A stretch of 58,595 bases of DNA, filler included, from Sphacelaria rigidula (Eukaryota), in the NCBI GenBank assembly GCA_964200075.2. It is 10 parts of 10 records of this genome, joined end to end, with 100 filler letters (N's around TTAATTAATTAA, not from the genome) between each part and the next. Parts side by side here need not be neighbours in the genome. Positions count along the whole stretch, not along the records: positions 5,871 to 11,640 come from CAXNAA020024599.1; positions 11,741 to 17,510 come from CAXNAA020024600.1; positions 17,611 to 23,380 come from CAXNAA020024601.1; positions 23,481 to 29,250 come from CAXNAA020024602.1; 6 more parts are not named here. One strand, 5' to 3'. The notes beneath the pieces were generated by a model, which was not told where the DNA came from, did no database searches, and was given only the letters and a program-made list of their open reading frames with translations. The translations under genes and the position numbers were made by a program. The stretch's first letter is position 1; each line of letters begins with the position of its first letter. Shown piece after piece: positions 11,422-24,225 of the stretch.

Positions 11422-12524
11422 GTGTGATAGAGATGGAGGTAGACACAGGGTCCACGCCTTCCTAGCTATGATCAGTGTGCTGCAGGCTTGAGTAGGTGCA
11501 CAAACGCACCAGGTGTCCGAGTAAAGCAAGCTGCAAATGCACACGTGCAGGTTCACGTGACTGTTGGTCACAGTAGCAACAAACACAAGGAGCTCAAAGG
11601 TTTGATATTTTTTTAACTCTCACTGATTATCTCCTTGATCNNNNNNNNNNNNNNNNNNNNNNNNNNNNNNNNNNNNNNNNNNNNTTAATTAATTAANNNN
11701 NNNNNNNNNNNNNNNNNNNNNNNNNNNNNNNNNNNNNNNNGGCTGTTATTTGTTATGACCCGCTGCCATCGAGGGTGAGATGATGGAACAGAAAATCCAG
11801 GCTCTCACCACGTTTTGCGACTTTTCTCGGCACGAAAAGGCGGGATATCAGCAGTTATATCACACGCGATGACTTGCGCTTTCAAAAACAACGACGGAAA
11901 CTGCGGCGAATTTTTTCAACAGAAACGTGATTTCAAGATATCCACTAGCCTCAAGTCCACACGAATGGTGGCATCAACCGCAATTGCGAATGAATTCGGG
12001 CACAACCTGGCTAAATCGTATATTTTACTCGAACCGCACGACTCACTACTTTGGAGACCTCTTGAACGGCGCATTCTTCCACAAATGCGCGCCTGTGGAC
12101 CAGCGCGCAACATTGTCCAACATTATTCTGCCATTCCATTCAGGCAACGGGTGGCAGGAATGTTCCAACATGCTACACATGTAAACTTTTCGTCTCATCA
12201 TTGGAACCGGCGCAGCGAGACATGTTATGAATAAAACCTCACTCTCGATCGTACTTTCAACGCTCGATTTCACGGAAACACTGTCAGATTTGCCGGCAGG
12301 ATTTTGCACCAATGTGCGAGGTAAGCGTTTTGTCCATTAATGATGCAGACACTCCCCGCCGCTGAAAGCCATCAAAAGCCTACTCTCAATCGTATTATCT
12401 ACTCTCAATCTCACGAAAACACTGTTACGTTTGCAATCCATGGTCAGGCATACCTCATTCCGTACGCTTGGTAAGTGCACCCCCGAGGAAGGTGACTCAA
12501 GGTATTCATCAGTCCCTCACTTAC

Positions 12525-13744
12525 CGCGTCTCCCATTTCTGCCATGATGATGTCGTACAGTTGTTCCTTCGTCCCCATCAAATAGTGAATAGGCATAGAA
12601 GAGCAGAGTGCGGGTTTCACGCAAACGAGTGACCCGTCTGCGTCCGAGCGTGTGTGGTTGCCAGGTGCATAGTCGTGCTTCCATTTGACCTCAGACGGAG
12701 AGGGCTGAGTGTAGGCGATGATCCGTTCGCGAATCCAGTCCAGCACCTGGGGAGATGTAGTCTCGAGTTGATCTAATCGCAGTTGTCTTGTGGAAACGCT
12801 ACCCCGCACACATGATAAGATTCGCCCCGATCATTACGGGGGATAATGGGACCGAGGGTCGGGGGTGGGGCTAGAGGGAGTACGGGATGGTCACGAATCT
12901 GGGTGATGGGATGTCTTCAGAGGCGCCTTCTTGTCTGTACACATCGAAAACTGAGTGTGTTCGATAGAAATAGGTATAGCTGCGTGGATGGGAGAATGGT
13001 GGATACGGTTGGGATCGAAGTGTGCTTGACGTTGCGTGCCGTGTACTGCTGCGCTAGAGGTGCACACAAAAACAGTCTGCCGCCGCATCACGTCTTGACT
13101 CACATGTGCTGTGGGTCTCCGCTTGCTACAGCTTCCTCCCGTCTCGACCGAGCGGCGTTGAACGTGTCCCTTGCGAGGTTTCCTCCTACGAATTCCTTGA
13201 CCTCTTGATATATATGTTGTATCGGGACCGCAGATGGACACCCCTCGTTGCTGGCCATATTTGCCGTCGACAGTAGCGCCCAGAGCTCACGAAAGCTGTC
13301 GCCGATTGCTCCTTTTTCATTCTTGCTTTCTTCATGTTCCGTTCGTATGTGTTCTACCAGGGGTTTCATACGTGGGTGGCTACTCAGGAAATACCGTGTT
13401 ATGTCGCTGACGTAGCCAGTGTCGATCTTCGTCCGTTTCGCCCAGTCGCCCTCGCGTTCGTCTATCTGATTGAGGAATGTTTCAAACGCCGTGTAGACGT
13501 CTTTCTTGAGTCTCCGTTTAGACCTCTCTTTCATGCTCATCTTCGTTTCATTTTGTACCGTCGTACTGTTGTCGACGAGAGTTACAAGGTGGGACGTCCT
13601 TCTGATTTTGTTCGTCTTCAAGCGGCACGTCGATATGTTTCGATACATGTGAGCAGCGTTGAATATGGAGAGTGTGCGTGTTTGCCCCCCCCCGATTTGT
13701 TGGCGGTCGTCCGATCGCGGGTTTGCAACGTGTGATTCGTTCAT
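12525..13744 (-). CDS. Spliced ORF of unknown protein, possibly the N-terminal half of a DNA-transposon protein (exons 13744-13104 and 12798-12525)
   Basis: GTGAGT donor at 13103 and TAG acceptor ending at 12799 join in frame (QH-I-VSTRQLRL). The second exon ends at a GTAAGT donor (12524). Confidence 0.6.
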
Positions 13745-15867
13745 AATGGTTCCTTAGTTCCTAACCTTGCGAACCTATTTTCATGTTTGTCTTCGATATT
13801 CTGGGATTTGCGGTGTTCGAATAGTTGGTTGTAGCCCGGCCTGCGGGGCATTCATTATGCAGTGCGTATCGGAGGACCCATTGCCGCGAGTGTGTCGACC
13901 GCAGCTACGCGGTTGATGCATGACAAAGCGGGAGTCTGTACGAGAGTCGTTTGCTTTTGCAGGTTCGTGTTGTCGTGTTTTCGCCGCTGGACGATTTCCT
14001 GACATGGCATGAGTGATAGCTTGTCGTCGGGACAGCGACCCGACCTTGTTTCTATTGCTGTCGTCGTCGTTTCTATTGACGACTGGGGGCGGTATCTCCC
14101 GCTTCGTGTGTGCGGAAGCTTACTGTCCCTTCGTCCGTGCGTCATCCGAATCGAGTTTATTCGATGGGTTGATTGTTACGTACGTGCATGTGGAGTTTTG
14201 TCATATCATTTCTCGAGGTGCTCCCGCGTTCTTCCTTTTCTACGCAATATAATTCTTCAAGTATTCTCCATTCCATGCGTCAAATAGTCGAAGTAGGGGG
14301 TGGTCATCCGCCAGTGAAACGCCATACTTTCAACCCTTCAATAGCCACGGCTCCGTGCGTCAGGCGCGATCTGTTTGTTCCATTGCGCTGTGCACCCTCA
14401 TGTTTTTCTGGATGTGCAATCCCCTCCCCCAACCATGCTTTAAACTGTTGGTCAATCCGTTGGAGAGGGGGGGGGGGGGGGCATTTGTCGGTGAAACCAC
14501 GTGCTAACGTCATAACAAGCGCCCTACAACTCCGGGTCCGTGTGTCTTGCGTTGTTCGTTCCTCTCATCCTGCAGTGCACCCTCATGTATCCGGGGCGGG
14601 TGGCCAACATCTCGCCAGGGCACATTTTTCGAGCTGAACACCACTAATGTTACAACTGCTGCTTCGCGTCTGTAGTGTTACAGTGGTGGGCGGTCTAACT
14701 ATTCATTTTGAGGCGTTTCGTGATTTTTTCGTAATTGGCGACTTTCTTGGGCTCTTTTAGCTTGCGACCCCTTATCACATCGGGAATCGGAAGTTATTTG
14801 TATCCGCTCCACATTCCAAGAAAAAAAACCCATCTGAACTCAATATTGAGTGATTTACGGGCTGACCGGTTATCGGGGATCCTGCGACGTTTCAGCCCAG
14901 ATCCTTACTCTTCGGTATTTTCGATCGATCGAGCCTGTCCCGATCATACTTCTGAAAAAATGTACAGTTTTGTTTTTTTGACATTCTGCGTACTCATTGC
15001 ACCATAGCCGAAAAACGATGTTTCACGGTCAAAAACACCGTCCTGATGCACGGGGTAATTACTCCTTTCGCCCGATAACACCAACGAGCACTAGCTTAGG
15101 CACTGTGTTTTGAAGATGATCTGTTGATTGTGTTGAAATCTACTGACGCTAGCAATTTCGAGTTCTATCGAAGAGTAGTACGCGAGGAAAACCCAACAAA
15201 CTCGGTGAATAGTTAGACCGCCCACTACTGTAGGTCATCTGCTGCCGGCTGTTACCGAAATAGACCCGGAACGAGCCCGAGACCGCAACCGGATGAGTGG
15301 CCTCGCAGCACCTGATGTTTCGATATTGGGTGTATGACGGTCCCCGAGTGGGCGACCCGAGTGACAGCAAACCCATGTTACTGGTGTTCTTAGCTGCTCG
15401 TTGTGCCTGGCTTCTTTCATTCCGATTCACCTATAGATTACGCCACGAGTAATCAGCCGCCTATCTTGCGGGGGGGGATTATCTCGGTACCTCTCTGTTT
15501 CGCATCATCTTCGTCTCATACAGCTCTCCCTGGCCGTAATACCATGCGCTCTTCTGAGGGGGAAAGTAAACAGAGACGATATCGATGTATAAGCATCGGG
15601 GGATATAGTATATAGATAGAGGTTTACTCAACCGCTGAGGGCGGAAGAGGAAACTCCTCACCTCTGCTCCGGGCTGTTCATGTCGCCAGTGTCGCCCGCG
15701 TCCCTGTAGTCCAAAGCGGCCCTCGATTCAGCTTCGGGTTGCCCATCACGAACGGGTGAGGTAGCCTCTGCCCCCCTCTGTGTGGATGATTTCCGAGCCT
15801 GCGCTGTTTCTCATGGGTCTACTGTTGTTTTGGAGCTTCATGACACTTTACAGAAACCGTAACAAGA

Positions 15868-15962
15868 GACCGCGGTGCGGGTAGCCCATCTGGATCACAT
15901 CCTAATATCAACTGAATTTTGATGCCGATTCAGCAGATGGACCGCCTATCGCCGTCTAAAGG
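15868..15962 (-). mobile_element. Degenerate copy of the ~100-bp piggyBac-like MITE
   Basis: Core ACCGCGGTGCGGGTAG-CCATCTGGATCA...GATGCCGATTCAGCAG is shared with the copy at 48684-48785. Confidence 0.7.
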
Positions 15963-17635
15963 AAAACTCTATATGTTGAATTGTACCCCTACGTAACTCA
16001 TGAAAAAAAAAAATGGGTACTCGTTTCTGTTTTTTATTATGCCCTATTCATTGCCCATTATTACTGAGGTGAAGTTTTGACGCGATGAGCAACGCCCAGG
16101 CACCTTCATCCTTGGCTACAGGCGAGTCTCAGCAGCAGTCGCCTTCGACTGCGACCACCCCCAACACCGCCCCCAGGCCGTCTTGGACCACTGCCGAAAC
16201 CGCAAGGATCGGCACGTGCTTCTCGTAACGATATATGGAAAAATGGGGGGTATATGAACATGACTACTAAAATATCAACTTTTATGACATATCACCTTTT
16301 TCGGGAGGGGTATATATAGATACACTATATCTCGAAAAGTTGATATGATACCAGGCTCTGATTGCCCATATTCAACCATTAGTTTTATATTCGCATGGTT
16401 GTGCAACGGAGGACAGGTCTGGAGTCGGCATCGCTTATTGTTGGTCTCCAACTATCCTACATCAAACGGCAACCTAGCCTCGTCGACAGTGGCAACCACA
16501 GTCCAGGAGGATCGGGCCTTCACCAAAACTTCGATCGTGACGGTGTAGCCTTCTATTACGGAGTATATAAAACACAAACCAACCCTCGCACCCCATATCG
16601 GTATTAGAGATTTTTGGCCTCCCATCAAAAACGTCGTAGCTGAGAGATATACGCAAAGGAGACGACAATATGAGCTGCGCTGAAGATGACAAGGTCGGGT
16701 GTACGGTGGAGCTGAGGCCGCAGCAAGTGTGCTGGTTCGTCAATAATGAGTCAATGAACGGGGGCGACGAGCGTAAGATGATGAACGCAGGGCAAACTTG
16801 ACAACGTCGTTTCTCAAAATACTATAAGAGCGACAGCGGATGCCTTTCGGCCGGGGATCGTGAGTGGAACGTCGACAGCGATGATGCTGTGTCCGTCGGA
16901 GAACGGCACAGGAAACCCGCTCCGTTTCGCAGAGGCTTGTTGCGAATCGGCATCCCACGCTCGTGGGGAGCAACAGGCAAGTCGTGTTGGCGTTCGAGCA
17001 ACATAACTGTATCTTTCTCAACCGGCAACTTTTCCCCTGTTTTTTTGCTTGAGCACACGTCCTGTGCATGCAGCTACCGCACAGTACCTCATTCGAGGAA
17101 TTCGGCGGTCTGGGTGATTGATTGTGTAGGTGGCAGCTTTCATTGAAGCCATCGCTTCACTACCTGGGCGCATTACTCCTCGAACTGTGGCCATGTCAAA
17201 ATCGACGGTAAAATAGATTGTTTCGGGTGTCACTCTGCATCTGAAACTACTCTCTCAATCTTACGAACATGGTGCTTCTCGCAAAATTGCAAGATGCAGA
17301 TATTACTATTGGGTGAAATGTGGTTATCTGAGGCATATGACAACCGTGTACCTCGCACCACACACGTGGTATACGTGGTTTCGTCGCAGGAAAAAATGGC
17401 CCGACTCATCAGGGAGAGATGCCGAGTAATTATGGCGAGGGCCGGAGATACATCCATGCTCTGGCGTGAGGTTCTTCTTCTTATTATTATTCTTATTATT
17501 ATTTCCGCACNNNNNNNNNNNNNNNNNNNNNNNNNNNNNNNNNNNNNNNNNNNNTTAATTAATTAANNNNNNNNNNNNNNNNNNNNNNNNNNNNNNNNNN
17601 NNNNNNNNNNTGTGTTGGTTGTGTGGGTTGTGTTG

Positions 17636-17664
17636 GGGGTAGGGGGGGGTGGGGGGGGTGTGGG

Positions 17665-17722
<58 letters not shown>
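17636..17722. repeat. Poly-G tract at a contig edge
   Basis: Near-homopolymer G run. Confidence 0.9.
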
Positions 17723-17723
<1 letters not shown>

Positions 17724-20700
17724 TTCCTTGTGTGTGTTTTCGCGGGTTCAGGTCGAGGAGAAAATACCCTTCTTGTTTCAGTGCAGATGGTGAGCCGTGT
17801 GTTTTCGACTAGGGCCGCGTCTATTGGATTGTCTCGGCGTAGTTGACAGCAGGCTGTGGTCCATAGTGCTGGGAGATTTTATTTTGTTAATTTTGCCCCG
17901 CCAATGATGCAAGCATACATCCATATGGTGCGAAATCGTCTCGTGAATTACACCACATGTTATTAGAGGGGCAGTTCATGTAATGATCGCTAGTGCCCGT
18001 TCCCAAACTTGTGGAAGCATTTCTTCGCGGGAAAAGACGGTCAGGCGGATAAGGCCACCTCGAGGTGACTTGCTCTCCTAACGGAGAAGATTCCGACAAA
18101 CTCAAGCGATGATTGGCGCGATTTTTTGGACTTTCGGCCGAATGAACGTAAATCGTACGAACCTTCCACATCCCAGGAGGTGTAAAAAGGGATGATTGAG
18201 GATTTGTGTTGTTTGCATACTTTTTGTTTGATTCTTGCCGAAATCAATATGCGCGCGCCGATGATCACCCCAAGTGTATCTGAATCCTCGTGAGACAGTA
18301 GAGCGAGTGATTTCGGTGTATGATTGTCCGCCTAGCCGTCTTGTCACGCGAGAGCGCGGTCAAAGCCCCAAAGCATGCACCTAATACGAAGATGGTAATT
18401 TTTTTCCACCAAAAGTTGTCTCCGTAGTTCTTAGTTTATCCTTGTTAGCAGCAGCGTGTGTGAGGTGTGCTGTTTGCATGCTTGATAGTACCCCAGGGTA
18501 CGGTTCGGGACTTCTTCGTCACGTGTTTTTTTTTTCTTCATGTCCCGTAAGTAGCATGCAGGCGACGTTTGCGGCGTAAAAGGAACATCTGTGCTGTGCA
18601 CGGCGCTAGAAGTGAACGCTGCTTACTGTCGTGCGTTTTTTTTTATTCACATATCCCTTGACGGTTCGGCGCCTAAAACGAATACAACTTTCTGCTGGGG
18701 AAGGTACTTCAAAAGAGCTGTTGAAGTAACGCCTCCCTCCCCCGTGAGCGAAATTAAACACGAATAAAGGATTCACGGGGATTGACGACGGAGCACCGGC
18801 AATGTGTGGTTATTTCTGACCCCGGTTCTCAGGGGAATGAACCTGAGCAGCCGATAGGGAAGGATGTGTGGGTGGCTTGAAGTCGAGGAGGGTGGCGTGC
18901 GGGGGTTGAGGGGTTCCCGCAGTTGATTCTCGGAACTTGTACTGACGGACCGCATCTGATTTTGACCGTCGTGCAATTGCACCGCGAAAGCTGAGAAGAC
19001 GGGGGAGGCGAGAGGAGGGAGGTCACCATGTGATAATCTTGGACCTCCAAGTCTTGTTTCTGGTGATGTGATGGCTGGGGGCTGGAGGCTCGGAGGGTGG
19101 AGGTGTAATGTGTTGAGCGTCCATTACCAGGTGGAACTTGCTTGTTCTGTTTCGTCGCTGTTATAGGTGTTGACCTTGTACCGGTGAACACATGTTGTAC
19201 CGTAGTGTTTGAGCTTCTCTCGAAGAAAGTATGCAGTATTGCAGTCAATGTATTGATATCACAGTATTACCCTTGCTGATTTGTTGTATCAGGGCTATGT
19301 TTTTGGCGGCCTGACTTTTTTTGCGGCATGTTCTCGTTCTTGGGAAGCAAAACGCAGATGTATTTGAGTAGCCAAAATCGTAACAAAAAGCTTTTTGCTA
19401 CGAAACGCCCGAGTTTGTGTCATACAGAGCGACGCGGCTGGTCCTTTTGTTTTGTTCATGTGTGCTGTTTTCAATATGCACTCTACTTTGGGATGTTGGT
19501 CGGTGTGATTATTTGGTGATGAGACTGAGCACCGAACCGCCTTGTGTGTGTGGAAGTAACCGGTCAATTGTTGTGGGAAAGCGGTTGTTTTTGGTGTCAA
19601 GCAGATTGTGTTCGGAAAGAGACGTTCCAATTTTGAGTTGAGACCATCGATATCCGGCGAGGTTTCCGTCGTGAGTTGTGGTGAATCGTTGAGACAACAC
19701 GGTTGCAGAGCATAAGCCCAAATTCATTCCAGAAATATGTCGTGAAGCGATTTCAACTGGACGGGGTTGGTGGACAACACTTCCAGGTAAGATTCAGAGT
19801 TGAATGTGATATACTACCTCACGCGCTTGTAGTCGGGGTTGCCCGTAATATCAGTATGATGACGTTTTCAAGTGGGGGCACTTTCGCTTTTGCTTCACTT
19901 GAAGCCCGTTCTCGTTCCGGTATACATTTTGGGTGTTGGGAGTGCGTTTCATGAGCATCAACATTAACGTAACTTTTTGTACAACGTTTTTCTTGGTTGT
20001 CGGGGTCTGTGCAATATTTTCACAAGATGTTAAACCCTCCTTGAAGTTGGTTTGTGGTGTCGCAGTGCGAAGATTACATGCGCTTGACCTCATGTTTTTT
20101 CAGCGCCTGTATATTTTGCTTTGCGACACTCCTCCTTTTTTGGTGTTCGGTTATGGGTTCGGTTTTTTGTTTCATTGCTCGTGCCTATTTTTGCTTTGAA
20201 CAGAGATTTAACGCACGCTCTTCATTTTTAGCGACCATGTTTTTTTTAGTTATCGGTGTGTGTCAGGCTGGTTTTACATGCACATCTACTGGTGAATAAT
20301 TGACTTCCGTTCGTTGATTGGAGCAGGAGTACATTTATTTAAAGCATACGGCGGTGCGTGGTGCATGTACGGATGGAAGTACCGGCAGGGTGGTGTGATT
20401 TATTTGAACGTGCACGGCACATGTCTGCGATGCACGTCCAATTTGTAAAAAGATTGTGGCGCGGCAGCAGATGCCCGGTAAATCGATTTTTCGCGTGGAG
20501 GGGGTAGGCAGAACGAGAGAGGTGTGTTGCGGGGGAGTAAGGGACTGGCGTGGGATAACAGGTTGTCTTCTTCCCCCCAGGTTATTCGATAGGTTACTGG
20601 TAGAAGGCGTGGAACAGAGAATATCAACGTGAGGTTGAGGACGCCTCTCGACGTTTTGTGTGGTGTACCAACATGCTAAGTTTAAAACTCTTTTTTTCAT

Positions 20701-21039
20701 CATGCAGCAGGAAGAGCTCTCATCTATATGACATTCACCATTTTTCTTACTGTCGGTGGTGAGATATGTCGTGGTGCGCATCGGCAAACAGGTTGACTGA
20801 AGTCAACATTGCACGAAGTTCCGTTCAAGTTGGGTGTTTGACAAGTGACAAATCATGCAATCCAGCCGGCCGCCCACCGCAAGAACATGAAATAGCGATC
20901 TTAGCGATATATAGAAAACGTCCTCCCGGAAGATGATTTACATCTTTCAAAGCTTGTGCCGGCGAAGACTTTGATATATCCTTCCCCCATTACAGTGGTC
21001 AAAACAATGAACCCCCAGCCGGTCGTCGTGTCAAATACT

Positions 21040-23380
21040 GTGGACAGGTACACGACCTTCCCTTCCTGGCCTGCTCCCTGCGGGGGTAGGCCGAGGACCG
21101 CTAGTGATCTTAAACCACACACAAAAACCACCGAACCAACGAAGGCGGAGCAGGGAAAGGTAAGGGACACGAGCCCGAGCACCGTGTCGACGTGGACTCT
21201 GAGTTTGGGGCAATAGGAGATACAGGGTTCGTGAGACAGTGTAACTCATATCGCACTAAATTTTTGAGGTACCACCCCCTTCCCCCGACTGCCCATACTG
21301 GGGTGGGCAGAAGTCCGCCTGTGATCTTAGACCATCATCCAAAGATCATCCAACGACGACGGAGACACGAGCCCGAGCCTCGTATCGACGGGGAGACTAA
21401 GTTAGGAAGGTGGGAGGCACCACGATCACGAGAGTGGCGTGTGCTTCGTTTCGGAACAACTTAGCGGCGGCATGCAGCTAAATGCTAAAGCACCGGTCTG
21501 GACACCGGGGCTATGCAGCAGCGGAGAGCGCAGTCGGGACAGCCTAGACAGGAATGGAGAGGCTGCACATCGCGTGGGTACGCACACCAGGAGCGAGGAA
21601 GGGGTAGAGTCGGATAGAGCAGGAGAGTTGCACCTACCTGTGAAAAAAGACGAGCACCGGGCTAGCAATAGCCAGAGGGTCCAAAACGCTATACAATCAA
21701 AACAAATAAAAATGGGCAGGGAGAAGAGGAGGAGTGACCGGGCGAGGCGGAGGCGTGCTAGGAAAGCAGCACGAGTAGCCCGGGCGAAACAGCGGAGTCA
21801 ATTTGTTAAGGTAGCCACTTACAATGTCAAAAATCTAGCTGTGAAAGGGGCCAACGGATGGGGGCCAGACTACAGCGTCTTGTACGAGGCCGCGAGACTC
21901 AACATCTCGGTGGTTGGACTGCAGGAGACACGAAGGGCGGGACGAACAGACTGTACAGCAGCAGGGTTCAGAGTCTTCTGCTGTGGGAGCGAGTCAGGTG
22001 GGCAACATGGTGTGGGTATAGCTGTGAAAGAGTCGATTTGCAATAACGCCATCTATACCACTGAGTACGTTGACGAGCGCCTCATGGCGATGCGGTTTGA
22101 AATATCAAGACAGAGCGGAGCGATCAATTTCGTAGCTGCGTATGCACCAACTGAAGTCACCAAGAACGAAACGAAACAAGCATTCTGGGATGGACTTGAC
22201 GATCTGGTACAGCGAATCCCGTCGAAGGAATGTGTGTATGATTTGATGGATGCCAACGCGCGGACGGGGGACAAAGTAGGAGAGGGCTTAGAGGACGAAG
22301 CGGTCCTAGGCGCCTATGGACGTGATGAGCTGAACGATAACGGCAAACTGCTGCTAACTTTCGCAACCGAGAACAAACTCGCCATCACCAACACCTTCTT
22401 TAGCACGCGCAAAGGCGGAATCTCGCACACATACAACGGTGTTGTGGGGAATCACACGAGCGACTTCAAGCGCATAGACTACATTCTTACCCGGCAGGCA
22501 CACCGAGGGAGAGTGCGCAACGTAGTCGTACACCCCCAACCCGCACCCCCGACTAAATCGGCTTCGAACCACAACATGGTGGTGGCCACTGTCGACCTCG
22601 GTGACCGCATTACCCACAACCGCCAAGTACGCACGAAATCGAAGCAGCGGCAATTCAGTGGACAGCAGCTGCACACCGAAATGGCAAGGTGGCACGTGAC
22701 TGAAAGGTTCCTACATAACCTCGCCGAGCAAGAATACCAATCACCACCGCACCGGCGGCCGCGAAGGTGTTTACCAAAGCTATCCTCGATGCAGCGCTGA
22801 CAGTTCTCCCGGAAGAGCACGGATACCACGTATGCCGGAATGGTGTGAAAACCCCGGCACGAGAGCAACAGTGGAAGCAGCGCTCGCCGAGGGACAGGAG
22901 GCACGCCAACTGATGAAGCATCACTGGACCACAGCATCGTGGAAAGCACTCAGAGCCGCGTGTAAAAACGTGCGTACAGCAATCGATGACGGCATCTGTG
23001 CATATCTGGAGAAATATGTGGTAAGGCTAGAAGTTATCTACAAGGATCGCGACATGAGAGGCCTGAACAAACACCTCAAGAGATCGGTGGGTCTTGGTGG
23101 AAGGCAATCCGGGGGGCAGCAGTTCATAAAGGACGAGAACGGCATCCTACTGGGGAACAAAGTTGTCATCCTTGAACGGTGGGCGAGATTTTTCCGCGTC
23201 CTGCTTAACGCCAAGTCGCCCACGTTGAACCCAGCCATCATCGAGGAGGTGAAGCAGCGACTGGCAGCGTCAACCACCGGGGATTCAGTACCGCTCGGGG
23301 CAGCATCAACACTGGAGGAAACCACACGAGCAGTCCGGGGGATGCACAACTGGAAAGCGCCAGGACACGACTCCCTCCCT
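21040..23380 (+). mobile_element. RTE-clade non-LTR retrotransposon (LINE), 5' part
   Basis: Single ORF with an N-terminal APE endonuclease and no separate ORF1, leading to the KAPGHD motif that precedes RT. The 5' boundary is approximate. Confidence 0.88.
21439..23380 (+). pseudogene. LINE ORF: apurinic-like endonuclease plus linker to RT, frameshifted near 22730-22800
   Basis: Motifs ATYNV, GLQETR, GVGIAV, AYAPT, DANAR, NGKLLL, NTFF, RIDYIL, and SNH in place of canonical SDH. Continues in another frame as 22832-23380 (ERWARFF...KAPGHDSLP). Confidence 0.9.
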
Positions 23381-23480
23381 NNNNNNNNNNNNNNNNNNNN
23401 NNNNNNNNNNNNNNNNNNNNNNNNTTAATTAATTAANNNNNNNNNNNNNNNNNNNNNNNNNNNNNNNNNNNNNNNNNNNN

Positions 23481-23662
23481 TTAGCCGGGTACGGCTCGCC
23501 CTTCATGCGCCTCGTGGAGCACCCCACGGCGCTTCGCGCTTGGTGGTTTGAGTGCGGGCCTGGTCCGGCGAAAACCCGGCGTGGTCCGTCCCGGCGTTGT
23601 AGGGCTGCGAGGTCAATGGTCTTATAACTATGGCATGCATGATCATGAGTACACCCCCCCCT
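23481..23662. mobile_element. End of a repeat family with terminus GAGGGG..GGTGTACTCATGATCAT; other copies at 29188-29250, about 35300-35321 and 52501-52640
   Basis: Shared GTACTCATGATCATGCATGCCA...AAGACCATTGACCTCGCA block. All copies sit at contig edges. Confidence 0.75.
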
Positions 23663-23784
23663 CCAGTGCCCCTGATCCAACTCAGGATGCTACGGGTTCT
23701 GCTCTTGAAAAGCTGGGATTGTGCAGTCAGACGAACTCATCACCGCGACTTCAGTTTCACAACATCAGCCACAGCAAACCTCCC

Positions 23785-23990
23785 GCACGTCGGACAGCTC
23801 ATGAGCTACCAGAAAAAACTAATCGGAGAGGACTCTTATATCCGTGGGTCCAGAGACACAAACTACATTACCGCGGGGTCAGAGACCAAAAGCGCAACCT
23901 TTGCACTACTCGGCGTGCTCGGCGTCCAGTGCTGTAGGGAGCAACTGTGGGGACAGAGGCCAAATGCGCTACTTCATGATCCGGGTCAGT
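23785..23990. mobile_element. Partial copy of the CACACGTCGGAC-terminated MITE family, without the AT-rich insert
   Basis: Aligns with 27371-27452 and 27680-27815. Confidence 0.7.
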
Positions 23991-24225
23991 GTGTGGTTGT
24001 CTGTGTTGTCGTCCCATCTATTCTGGACGCCGGTCTACACCTTTTGGTATATATGGGCGCACCAGCCGGGGTCACACACGAGAAAGGCCAACACACTAGT
24101 TTTTTTCTTTCGTTTTTTGTTTTTTTTTAGATCTCCACCTTCCTTCTGCGGTCCTTGCCTTTATTTTCTTTTATCGCGAGAGAAGGGTTCAGTAGTCCCT
24201 TTCCCTCGTCGACCACCAATCGAAT
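23988..24225 (-). mobile_element. 5'-truncated copy of tRNA-derived SINE family A
   Basis: Reverse complement of 32790-33016. Confidence 0.85.

Larger units (their letters stand above)
5871..11640 (-). mobile_element. Ty3/Gypsy LTR retrotransposon, 5' portion (partial 5' LTR, PBS, long leader, ORF1, start of RT)
   Basis: LTR segment at 11423-11640, TGG-initiated PBS next to it, and Gypsy RT motifs at the left contig end. Confidence 0.93.

Noticed and set aside
16560..16680. Possible Tc1-like remnant (FWPPIKNVVAE)
   Set aside because: Too short, with no flanking DDE motifs in frame.
17612..17846. Poly-Gly ORFs
   Set aside because: Derived from a poly-G tract at a contig edge, possibly a sequencing artefact.
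19295..19930. Minus-strand coding-like stretch
   Set aside because: Several stops and no recognisable motif or coherent splice model.
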